IMG/VR virus record: IMGVR_UViG_3300035670_000101
Coordinates: 1-64,000 of that record
Length of the DNA stretch: 64,000 nucleotides
Reading direction: 5' to 3' (one strand)
Source of the DNA: a virus
Both the position numbers and the translations under genes were made by a program. The notes beneath the pieces were generated by a model that was given only the letters and a program-made list of their open reading frames with translations, made no database searches and was not told where the DNA came from. Positions 56,157 to 64,000 of this stretch are shown piece by piece (position 1 is the stretch's first letter; every line of letters begins with the position of its first letter).

Positions 56157-56635
56157 TCTGCTATACGTGTAGGTTGTTAGAAAAAATTTTGAATTTGGGA
56201 ATTTTTGAAAAATATTTTTAGTGGGTGAAACCCCAGATTCCGAGGAGTATAGGGTGGGTTAAAATGACTACCCAGTAGAAACTCACCAGTCATTTCATTT
56301 TGGTCAGAGCTTACCGTTTATCCCCTATTTTTACTAAAAAATAACAAAAATCACTGTTTTACCGCTTGTTTTTATACCCGTTTCTGTGCTATTCACACGC
56401 ACGTTCCTTTATACGACATTCAAAACGTACTGATTAATGCAATAACACTGCATTGGTAAGCTATAACACTTCTTTGGATGTGATTAATGATAAAAGACAG
56501 GTAGAAATTCCCCTAAATAAACTTATTTAGTAAGCTATTCATAAAATATTTAATAAAATAAACAATTAAATAACCTTTTATTTCATGTATTTACCAGTAT
56601 TTTTAGTATTATTTTAAAATTAATTGAATAAAGTT

Positions 56636-56664
56636 CTTGCAATGATTCTTAAATTTGCTAATAT
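56636..56664 (+). promoter_or_regulatory. Early sigma70-like promoter
   Basis: TTGCAA...TGC-TAATAT with an AT-rich UP region. Confidence 0.65.
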
Positions 56665-56704
56665 GAACTCATACCGAAGCAAGTAGCTTAAAAGGAGAAA
56701 CATT

Positions 56705-56911
56705 ATGTTTAAATTTACAGACCGAGCTGATTTTATTTTTATCGTAGAATGGTTAGCTCATAACAATATTAATATCAATGACTGTGATGATATTGATAGT
56801 TTATATGATGAATGTTTAGAATTTTTAAAACGTTTTGAAGTATCACCACATTATTTACAAAGTACAAGCTATTTGCAAGCTGTGAAAGATTATCTAAACA
56901 GCACCAAATAA
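56705..56911 (+). CDS. Early hypothetical protein
   Basis: SD AAGGAG; first gene after the promoter. Confidence 0.75.
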   Translation: MFKFTDRADFIFIVEWLAHNNININDCDDIDSLYDECLEFLKRFEVSPHYLQSTSYLQAVKDYLNSTK

Positions 56912-56948
56912 ACACAAATTTAATTTAAAACTTTTTGGAGAAAACAAC

Positions 56949-57326
56949 ATGTCAAACTTTACACTTAATTCAGTTCTAGATTCTATCCGTTCTGATGTTG
57001 AAGATGTTCTACGCAATGTTGCAGATAATGATTTACGTGATATGACAGCTTCAGACGTATGCGATTTATTAGATGAAAATAGTTATTATGCACCTGAAGT
57101 TATTTACTATGCAGATGGATGGGAGGTTGTAGCGGGATCGTCATTTAATGATTATGAGCCAATGGATACATTAGACTTTTCAGGTTGTGACAATGCTTTA
57201 GAATGCATCATGCTCGAAGCTAGAATGATCATTGATAGCGTTTATTACAATGAACGTGAAGCGATTGCTCAGGAAGTTTTGGAAGGCTTGCAAGAAATGT
57301 TACCTGATGAAAGTGATGATGAATAA
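56949..57326 (+). CDS. Ocr (T7 gp0.3)-like antirestriction DNA-mimic protein
   Basis: About 32 D/E versus 5 R and 0 K; 'MSN.T.N.V.D', 'D+RD', 'YYAD...V+A', 'L.AR' and acidic tail align by eye with T7 Ocr. Confidence 0.7.
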   Translation: MSNFTLNSVLDSIRSDVEDVLRNVADNDLRDMTASDVCDLLDENSYYAPEVIYYADGWEVVAGSSFNDYEPMDTLDFSGCDNALECIMLEARMIIDSVYYNEREAIAQEVLEGLQEMLPDESDDE

Positions 57327-57407
57327 TTAATTTAAATCAACTGTGCATTGTATTATTATTTAGTATGATGCACACAATTTAAAATTAAATTTTAAAAGGT
57401 ATATATT

Positions 57408-57629
57408 ATGAATAAGCTAGACAACGTTAAACCAAATGAATTAAAACAAGCTATCACGACACGTTATAAACGCCCTGATTTGGTTTATAAGCACATCAAG
57501 CGCAATCTTAGTAATTTACTACAATGTAACTATGTAGAGTGGTCATTGAAAGGCAATACATTATATATACGTGCAGATTATAACGGCGATATACAAAAGA
57601 GAAGCTTTAGACTCATTGGCATTAATTAA
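57408..57629 (+). CDS. Early hypothetical protein
   Basis: SD AAAGGT. Confidence 0.7.
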   Translation: MNKLDNVKPNELKQAITTRYKRPDLVYKHIKRNLSNLLQCNYVEWSLKGNTLYIRADYNGDIQKRSFRLIGIN

Positions 57630-57686
57630 TTTTTATTAATCTATATAAGGTTTTATTCCACCACATTACATAAAAGGTAATACACT

Positions 57687-57830
57687 ATGAAACATTATCA
57701 TATCATTCATGACGGTTTAATCTATTGTGTCGATGTTTACGCAGCATCTAAAAAACAAGCTATTGCTCAATACAGACAGCAATGGAAACTTGAAGGTAAA
57801 CGTATTAATTTACAATGTTGGGAAGTTTAA
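57687..57830 (+). CDS. Early hypothetical protein (47 aa)
   Basis: SD AAAGGT. Confidence 0.55.
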   Translation: MKHYHIIHDGLIYCVDVYAASKKQAIAQYRQQWKLEGKRINLQCWEV

Positions 57831-57833
57831 GCC

Positions 57834-58004
57834 ATGAATTATTCAGATATTACACAAGCTTTAAAAGACAATGTAAAAGTATTTTGGATCAACCCAGCTT
57901 ATAAAGTGTTTTTACAAAATGGTGAGTTATTCGTTATATATGTATGCAACGATTACATGACTAAACTGAATGAATCAGAATATACAGAATGCTTTAAAGG
58001 ATAA
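57834..58004 (+). CDS. Early hypothetical protein (56 aa)
   Basis: Coupled ORF. Confidence 0.55.
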   Translation: MNYSDITQALKDNVKVFWINPAYKVFLQNGELFVIYVCNDYMTKLNESEYTECFKG

Positions 58005-58010
58005 ATAACC

Positions 58011-58208
58011 ATGACCTACTCATTAAACAATATTAATAAATGTGATGTCACTGCAATCGAAGTTATTTATAAAGGAGGTAAACGGCGCTTGTTCAATCTT
58101 AAAAATAAAGTTTATCGTTATGATGCTTTAGACTTACAAACTAAACTTGAGAATTATGACAATGTGTTCCGTGTGAATTGTCATACAACGTTAAACAAGT
58201 GTTTTTAA
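58011..58208 (+). CDS. Early hypothetical protein
   Basis: SD AAAGGA. Confidence 0.65.
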   Translation: MTYSLNNINKCDVTAIEVIYKGGKRRLFNLKNKVYRYDALDLQTKLENYDNVFRVNCHTTLNKCF

Positions 58209-58222
58209 AGGATATATAAGCC

Positions 58223-58429
58223 ATGTTAATCATTAACCGTTATAAATGTCCAATTAGTGGTAAAACATCCGTATGCGCGCATAAGGTTAATAATATGAAG
58301 GTTATTAAATCATATAAGCCTTGTGATGAATCATTTGTTGAGTTACTAACACAAGGACATAAACAGTTTTTATTATGTGATGTACCAAGCTATAGCTTGT
58401 TATCTAAAATTAATATTGTTAAGAGTTAA
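58223..58429 (+). CDS. Early hypothetical protein
   Basis: SD AAAGGA. Confidence 0.65.
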   Translation: MLIINRYKCPISGKTSVCAHKVNNMKVIKSYKPCDESFVELLTQGHKQFLLCDVPSYSLLSKINIVKS

Positions 58430-58446
58430 TAAAAGGAAATTAAACC

Positions 58447-58671
58447 ATGTTATATCAAATACAAGTTAAAGCAGATAATCAGCGTGTTTATAGAAAGTTA
58501 TCCGTTAAGATGAGATCAATTGAAGCACTAAAGAACGATCTGGAATCTTATGTAATTATGTATGCTGAAGACAATCAGGTTAACTGGCACACTGTTTCAG
58601 CTCAAATTATAGATGAAGGTGGTAATATGATATTTGAAAGGTTGTCTAATGCGGTGGTCAACAAAGGTTAA
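58447..58671 (+). CDS. Early hypothetical protein
   Basis: SD AAAGGA. Confidence 0.65.
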   Translation: MLYQIQVKADNQRVYRKLSVKMRSIEALKNDLESYVIMYAEDNQVNWHTVSAQIIDEGGNMIFERLSNAVVNKG

Positions 58672-58684
58672 TCTTAAGGAGAAT

Positions 58685-58879
58685 ATGAAAATGAGTAATT
58701 TAGAATCAATATATGAGATGACAAACACACCAGATAAAAGAGAAGCACTAGAGAATCTAACAGACAGTGAAAAGTTAGACATTATTAAACAATTAACCGA
58801 CTCTAAAAGCTTTGTTGAAATGCTGTACTATATAGAGTCTGCTCAGGAGGATTCACAATGGTGTCAATCTTATAGATAA
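58685..58879 (+). CDS. Early hypothetical protein
   Basis: SD AAGGAG. Confidence 0.65.
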   Translation: MKMSNLESIYEMTNTPDKREALENLTDSEKLDIIKQLTDSKSFVEMLYYIESAQEDSQWCQSYR

Positions 58880-58932
58880 ATTAAATATTTTATTAAATAA
58901 GTGTTGACTCATTTTAAGAATATCGCTATTAT
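58878..58932 (+). promoter_or_regulatory. Sigma70 promoter with upstream operator-like AT palindrome
   Basis: TTGACT(58904)-17 nt-TATTAT. Confidence 0.75.
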
Positions 58933-58970
58933 ATCTACATAGACAGCAAACAAGCTAAAAGGAATACAAC

Positions 58971-59246
58971 ATGATCTTATTTAATCAAGCTATTAAACAC
59001 AACGTAAACGCTGAAGAACGTAAACTTCTTAAATCTATCCTTAAAAAACGCCGTAGCCAATTCTGTGATGATGAAGTATTAAACATCTCTTTTAAATATG
59101 AGTCACCTAATAGATGGTTTGAAGATAAAGGGATGAACTATGTTGAGTGGCAAGTCGTTTCAGTATTTCATATCGAAATGGGTATATGGAAAAAAGAAGA
59201 AATAGAAGAATGGCATTATAATTGGTACTATGGTTATAACAATTAA
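58971..59246 (+). CDS. Early hypothetical protein
   Basis: SD AAAGGA; own promoter. Confidence 0.7.
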   Translation: MILFNQAIKHNVNAEERKLLKSILKKRRSQFCDDEVLNISFKYESPNRWFEDKGMNYVEWQVVSVFHIEMGIWKKEEIEEWHYNWYYGYNN

Positions 59247-59263
59247 TAAACAGCAAGAATCAT

Positions 59264-59288
59264 GCCAGCATTTAAGCTGGCTTTTTTG
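59264..59288 (+). terminator. Rho-independent terminator of the early island
   Basis: GCCAGC-ATTTAA-GCTGGC followed by T6. Confidence 0.85.
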
Positions 59289-59742
59289 TACCTGTAATTT
59301 ACTAATCATTATAACTAATATCATTATTAATTAAACTTATAATAAACTTACTAAACTTTCTTTGTTATTATTTATTATTATCTATTGTTTTTAACTTCAG
59401 TTTGTGTTAAGTGACTTTCAAATATCACCCTTATGGGGTAGCTATCAATTCAACTTTATAGCATCACGTTAAACGCTGTTTTAAGCTCATTCTAGCTACT
59501 TTATGATATAACGGTACATAGGTATATATACGTGCTTTAAAATGCCGCTACGGGGCTTATATGAAGATATACGTGGATATTCTAGAATAGGGAAAGGCTT
59601 TACTATTGAGACCAGTGCGCCATGTTTAATACTAAAATAGATATATGACACTTTTCATAAACCCCTTACCCACTCCTAAACACACTCCAGATATTTTACC
59701 TCTTAGAAAACATCCTTGTTCCCTAAAAACGCACTCTAAAAA

Positions 59743-60156
59743 TTATTTTCTAAAATTTCTTACTTGTACCAAATCCCCATCAATCCAATCATAACTTTCT
59801 TCCATGTAATCACTGCCTAATGATATAAAGTGCAGATGTCTGCGATACTCAACATCAAGACAAGAAAAGGGCATTACAACTTCCACCTTATTGTTTTCAA
59901 CTAACTCTTGGATAGTTTTAGATGACATACCCATCACACTAAAATACTTTACGCCAGATATCTTCTCAAACTCACAAACTAGGTTAGACCACCAACCACC
60001 TTCTTTTTTAGTGACCTTAACCATACACCCCACATAAATAGACTCACCATTACAATCCAAAACAGAGGTATCTGTTCCGATAACCCCGTAAGAACTGTAA
60101 CCCCTATACTCCAATGTTGGCTCTCCTTCAATAACCCTTGCTAAATGCAATTTCAT
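59743..60156 (-). CDS. YopX-like hypothetical protein
   Basis: 'G.DT.V.DCNG..IY.G..V' motif; SD GGAGG. Confidence 0.55.
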   Translation of the reverse strand: MKLHLARVIEGEPTLEYRGYSSYGVIGTDTSVLDCNGESIYVGCMVKVTKKEGGWWSNLVCEFEKISGVKYFSVMGMSSKTIQELVENNKVEVVMPFSCLDVEYRRHLHFISLGSDYMEESYDWIDGDLVQVRNFRK

Positions 60157-60196
60157 ATAACCTCCACTTAGTTAGATATAACCACTATCAAAATCT

Positions 60197-60445
60197 CTAA
60201 AAATTATTTTCCAAACTTTTTAATAACCCTACAGTGTACTTTACATCGACTATCATGTCATCGCTCAAGTGTGTATAAAAAGGGGAATTTTCGCCACGTT
60301 CCCTATTACTCACTCCTAAGATAATATGACCACAATCTGAATACATAAATCCATCGTAGTAGTCAACACCATAACGTTCCTTTTGATTGAGAAGTCTATC
60401 ACTACCAATGCACCACAAGGTTCTATTTTTAATCCTCTTCATCAC
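60197..60445 (-). CDS. Hypothetical protein
   Basis: SD GGAG. Confidence 0.65.
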   Translation of the reverse strand: MMKRIKNRTLWCIGSDRLLNQKERYGVDYYDGFMYSDCGHIILGVSNRERGENSPFYTHLSDDMIVDVKYTVGLLKSLENNF

Positions 60446-60546
60446 TTCTCTCCAAGATATTCTACTTTTAAGAAAACCCTCCGCATTCCTAAAAACACGA
60501 GGGTAAAAATTTTCCGAAACAAATTTTATAAAATTGATAAAAATAT

Positions 60547-60783
60547 TTATCTGTTTGATGAAAGGAGTCTATTCTTCATTTCGGAAATCTCTGTGAATGT
60601 TGCTTTCCTGATAGTGTCCTCGAACACAAATCTTAGACTGCCCTTACGATCTTTTAAATCTAACAGAACAATGCAATCACGATTCCAATTCCACCCTCTC
60701 ACCTCATAAACACTGCCGTAAAGGTCTGGCAGTGCCTCACAAGATTTAAAACAAACCTTATCACCGATTTGGTAATTGCTCAT
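60547..60783 (-). CDS. Hypothetical protein ('GD.V...IRKAT..EI' family)
   Basis: SD GGAG then ATG at 60783. Confidence 0.6.
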   Translation of the reverse strand: MSNYQIGDKVCFKSCEALPDLYGSVYEVRGWNWNRDCIVLLDLKDRKGSLRFVFEDTIRKATFTEISEMKNRLLSSNR

Positions 60784-61012
60784 CAAACAACTCCATCTGA
60801 CCACTACAACTACGATAACCAAGCTCAACATCTGTTTTAGTTGCGTGAGATAAGTTCTCTGGAAGTTCACACAGTCCACACTTATTGAATGGTGTATTCA
60901 GTTCTTTACCAAGTAAATATTCACCACCAATATTATAACAGATGTAATACAGTTGATTATTCCACTTACGAATTACAGGGTCGTTTATTTTAAAATATGT
61001 ATATTCGCTCAT
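60761..61012 (-). CDS. Hypothetical protein ('ND.V...LSHAT' family)
   Basis: Coupled ORF. Confidence 0.65.
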   Translation of the reverse strand: MSEYTYFKINDPVIRKWNNQLYYICYNIGGEYLLGKELNTPFNKCGLCELPENLSHATKTDVELGYRSCSGQMELFDEQLPNR

Positions 61013-61335
61013 AATCGTCTCCCTGCTTTGATTTCTTCATCTGTTGCATGTCTTAGAGCATCCAATTTAAAATCATTCCCATTGGTAAATCTAACAAATC
61101 TACCCAGCTCTTTTAAGTCATCTCGAAAATAAGCAATCTCAAGAACAACATCGCCAAACAAGTGCGTATTTTCATGCTTGCAAACCACCTTATCCCCCTC
61201 TTCAAAAATATTGTGCTCCCTACGATACTCAAGAAGTTTCCTGAGTAAGAACTCATCAAATCCCCACTCCTCTCCTTCCAATTTAGCAGCCTCGTACCCA
61301 CCTAATCGCTCAATTAAACTCATATTGCTCTCCAT
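61009..61335 (-). CDS. Hypothetical protein ('GD.V...LRHATDEEIKAGRR' family)
   Basis: Motif common in Acinetobacter phage small proteins. Confidence 0.7.
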   Translation of the reverse strand: MESNMSLIERLGGYEAAKLEGEEWGFDEFLLRKLLEYRREHNIFEEGDKVVCKHENTHLFGDVVLEIAYFRDDLKELGRFVRFTNGNDFKLDALRHATDEEIKAGRRL

Positions 61336-61343
61336 AACACAGA

Positions 61344-61946
61344 TTATCCTTTCGGATAATATAATTGAACATACTCATCAAATGTTAATTCATCCTCATC
61401 CTCTGTAAAGAATGTTAAGTGATTAAAATCACTGACATAAGCCCTCCGAGTATCAGTTTCTAAGACTAAGTGACCAACTGCACCAGCATAATAGATATAA
61501 TTTACATGGTATAAGGTATCACCAAACAATACCTCACACCCCAACAATCTATTTAGTGTGAATTTGTCTTTTTTCTTGGTGTTATCTTTGTTTTGCTTCA
61601 CAGCTTTATAAACACTATCTATGAATTTTTCACCGAATACTTGCGCCCAAGCGATTGTGAAATTATTACTTAAAGTGTTATCACATCTGTTAGTTTCTCC
61701 AACCATCTCTTTCAACTCCTCTAAAGTTGCTTGTTCAAAGTTATCATCATCTAACCAACCTTCGGTGATCTCTCCATAATCCCAAGCACACAACCCATTA
61801 TATTTCGCCGCATCATCAGCACTGAAACCATCCTCTGCTTCATAACCAATCTTCCCTAACAACTCCACAGCTTGTAGAATATCTTGTGGAATAACACTAT
61901 GAAACTTTAGATTTTTAAACTCGTTTAACTCATTAAACCCTTTCAT
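61344..61946 (-). CDS. Hypothetical protein
   Basis: 200 aa; SD GGAGG. Confidence 0.8.
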   Translation of the reverse strand: MKGFNELNEFKNLKFHSVIPQDILQAVELLGKIGYEAEDGFSADDAAKYNGLCAWDYGEITEGWLDDDNFEQATLEELKEMVGETNRCDNTLSNNFTIAWAQVFGEKFIDSVYKAVKQNKDNTKKKDKFTLNRLLGCEVLFGDTLYHVNYIYYAGAVGHLVLETDTRRAYVSDFNHLTFFTEDEDELTFDEYVQLYYPKG

Positions 61947-62179
61947 TTACCACCTCCAATAGCAACTAACACTTGACCAATAAACGCTAAAATAAATACA
62001 CCTAAACACCACCAATATTTCCAGTAGTGCAACCACTCACCTGTTAACCCTGACTGATTTAAACCCCACGCAACAACACTCAGGATAACAAACCAAATAG
62101 TTGTAGGGATTAACGCTAAGAAACTCACCAATCCAAAGAATGTAAAACCTATTTTAAAACCTTCTGCGAAATTACTCAT
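61943..62179 (-). CDS. Small membrane protein
   Basis: Two hydrophobic segments; SD AAGGAG. Confidence 0.7.
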   Translation of the reverse strand: MSNFAEGFKIGFTFFGLVSFLALIPTTIWFVILSVVAWGLNQSGLTGEWLHYWKYWWCLGVFILAFIGQVLVAIGGGK

Positions 62180-62190
62180 TACTTTTCTCC

Positions 62191-62547
62191 TTAATAAAAA
62201 TCAACAAACCAACCTTTCCAACTGTGCTTCTTATACCTCTCGTTAAGAGCGGAGTGAAACTCATGCCAATAGAAATCATGTGTTCGTCCTTCATATGTCA
62301 CTCTAAAGCAATAGTCTGCTGCATTATTAACTTCACGCATATACAACTCATCCTTAACTGGATGACCATCAATATACTCAGACACAAAATATATATTTCT
62401 AATCTTAACCCCTGTTAAACTATAAACCTCATAAACAGCTTTAGTAACTTTATCTAAGATAACCTTGCGATCATTCTTAAACTGATCAATTTCTTTCTGC
62501 TCATCACTGATTCGCTCTTTAACTTTTTCTTTCCAATCATTACTCAT
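62191..62547 (-). CDS. Hypothetical protein
   Basis: 118-aa ORF. Confidence 0.75.
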   Translation of the reverse strand: MSNDWKEKVKERISDEQKEIDQFKNDRKVILDKVTKAVYEVYSLTGVKIRNIYFVSEYIDGHPVKDELYMREVNNAADYCFRVTYEGRTHDFYWHEFHSALNERYKKHSWKGWFVDFY

Positions 62548-62583
62548 TTTCTTTCTCTCATAAATTAATTATGCACACTAATT

Positions 62584-62985
62584 TCAGTTATGCACAGATG
62601 AAACACGATACGTCCCTTTACCATAAATCTCTGCAACAAACTCATCAGCTTCCTTGTATGATTTTACTGAGATGTATATTCTGTTCCCACAAGCATTACG
62701 GAATGAAAACTTACCCTTGTTACTAACTTCTGTAGGGTCTTGGTCTTGTGTTAGTACAGTGATTTTAACCTTCTGAACAACTGTTTTATCTTTAACAACA
62801 TTTGTCTTTTTATCTACGATTTGTTTAACAACTTTACGATTCCACCAACAAACCCCTCCCAATACCAACACTTCAGGATTCCATGCTTTCTCCTTTAGGA
62901 GAGCCTTTAGCTCTTTCTTCTGTTGCTGCTCTGTTTCGTATTCATTTAATGCTAATGCTGTTTTGAGTGCTAGTGCTAAAGACAT
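62584..62985 (-). CDS. Hypothetical protein
   Basis: 133 aa, downstream of a promoter. Confidence 0.75.
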   Translation of the reverse strand: MSLALALKTALALNEYETEQQQKKELKALLKEKAWNPEVLVLGGVCWWNRKVVKQIVDKKTNVVKDKTVVQKVKITVLTQDQDPTEVSNKGKFSFRNACGNRIYISVKSYKEADEFVAEIYGKGTYRVSSVHN

Positions 62986-63026
62986 TGTTTCTTCCTATTG
63001 TGTTACTAACTACGTTTCTTACAATC

Positions 63027-63055
63027 ATAATAAAGGAGTGCTAACGTTGTGTCAA
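63027..63055 (-). promoter_or_regulatory. Sigma70 promoter
   Basis: TTGACA-17 nt-TATTAT on the minus strand. Confidence 0.75.
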
Positions 63056-63070
63056 CACCCCTTTTAAATA

Positions 63071-63484
63071 TTATTTCTTTTCTAAACTTTCCAACACCTC
63101 GATACCATCGCGCTGAAGTGTTCTCAACCCTCTAGCAAGATTTAGTACATTATGGTAAGAGTCTTTATACATCTTGATTTCGTTATCACGATCTTCAATA
63201 AGCTTCTTTAGATGCTCAGTGTACTCAAGGTTATCTTTGTACCAATATTCATCATAGTAGTCTTTCCACTTCTCCTTTTCTTTCTTAACTTCATCAACCC
63301 AAGATAAATCTTTTATTGTGTGTGCAGCATGGAAAGTGTTAGAAATATCACTATCTTTATTCATAAACACGAAACACCACCACATAAAGTAGATAACAAA
63401 CACTTTATGACGATTAACATCGTTAAACTCATGTCCGGAGTAGTAGTTAAGTCTAAACTTCTTATACCTCTCAATTAACAGCAT
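63071..63484 (-). CDS. Hypothetical protein
   Basis: SD AGGAG. Confidence 0.7.
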   Translation of the reverse strand: MLLIERYKKFRLNYYSGHEFNDVNRHKVFVIYFMWWCFVFMNKDSDISNTFHAAHTIKDLSWVDEVKKEKEKWKDYYDEYWYKDNLEYTEHLKKLIEDRDNEIKMYKDSYHNVLNLARGLRTLQRDGIEVLESLEKK

Positions 63485-63998
63485 CTTTTAATTTCTCCTG
63501 TTTAGTGGTGTTAACACTCTTAACAACCTCCTCACCCCATTGTTTCAAGGTAATAACACTATTACCTAATTTGTCAGCTTCGACAGCGAAGTAGTCTTGT
63601 TCTGCAATGCACGTTTCGAGTAATCCTCCGATGGTAGATAAACGTTCGGCATTGGTGGTATCTTTGTCTCCACTGGAATTGGTACTACTATTGGTAGTGG
63701 TCGTGTATTGTTTGATTGCTTCTGACAACCTAGCATTACTACTGTTGAGAGAACTAATAGTGCTGTTAATTTATTTTTCACGAACAGAATACTCCTTCTG
63801 AATTTGTGTTGTTTTCTCTACTAAAGATTGATAATCACGTAAAGATTTTTCTTGTGCTAAACGTAAAGATGTTTCACTATCAACTTGCAGTTGCTTTAGT
63901 GTAAGCTCATTCTCAATCTTAGTAACAAGGTGTTCGGCACGTTCTTGTTTATGTGCTATTGTTTCTTGCTCATACTTCTCTTGGTAATTGTTACCCCT
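63471..63998 (-). pseudogene. Rz-like i-spanin (5' end outside the window), interrupted by an in-frame TAA at 63771-63773
   Basis: Coiled-coil frame '...EYSVREK*INSTISSLN...LSEAIKQY...AVEADKLG' is continuous across one stop; contains a nested lipoprotein gene. Confidence 0.6.
63566..63781 (-). CDS. Rz1-like o-spanin lipoprotein (embedded in Rz)
   Basis: SD AAGGAG with GTG start; signal peptide with lipobox MLGC; Pro-rich mature part. Confidence 0.75.
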   Translation of the reverse strand: MKNKLTALLVLSTVVMLGCQKQSNNTRPLPIVVPIPVETKIPPMPNVYLPSEDYSKRALQNKTTSLSKLTN

Positions 63999-64000
63999 AA

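Noticed and set aside
1-64000. Genome-wide TAA reassignment suggested by the two in-frame TAA codons
   Set aside because: Most genes, including nrdA, nrdB, thyX and the DNA polymerase, end at TAA at the expected position, often in TAATG couplings; the standard code fits.
1-64000. CRISPR array, integrase, repressor or reverse transcriptase
   Set aside because: No regularly spaced repeat-spacer array and no recombinase or reverse-transcriptase motifs were recognised.

Overview
A 64-kb internal segment of an AT-rich, apparently virulent contractile-tailed (myovirus) dsDNA phage. The host is most likely Acinetobacter, inferred from the GH19 endolysin, the tail-spike N-terminus, the HTH Rep family and the 'RHAT.EE' small proteins; the gene order resembles Felix O1/PAK_P1/Saclayvirus-type phages. 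Layout: tail, baseplate, lysis and tail-spike genes (1-14.2 kb, +); a replication and nucleotide-metabolism block (14.4-46.9 kb, +) with an HTH Rep carrying an internal iteron origin, a minimal PolA/T7-RNAP-like polymerase, dCMP deaminase, T7-like primase-helicase and family A DNA polymerase, SSB, nucleases, NrdA/NrdB, glutaredoxin, ThyX and several homing endonucleases; a minus-strand block ending in a UvrD-like helicase next to a ~1-kb structured non-coding region; a compositionally distinct early-gene island (56.2-59.7 kb) with an Ocr-like DNA mimic; and minus-strand accessory genes plus Rz/Rz1 spanins. The most notable observations are a non-cloverleaf tRNA-Arg(UCU)-like gene with its D-loop element moved 3' of the anticodon arm (27570-27657), the minimal polymerase followed by a structured 3' element, the lambdoid/plasmid-type origin (DnaA box plus 4 iterons), a palindromic operator shared by several promoters, and two in-frame TAA stops. 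All calls come from reading motifs by eye; no database searches or folding programs were run.
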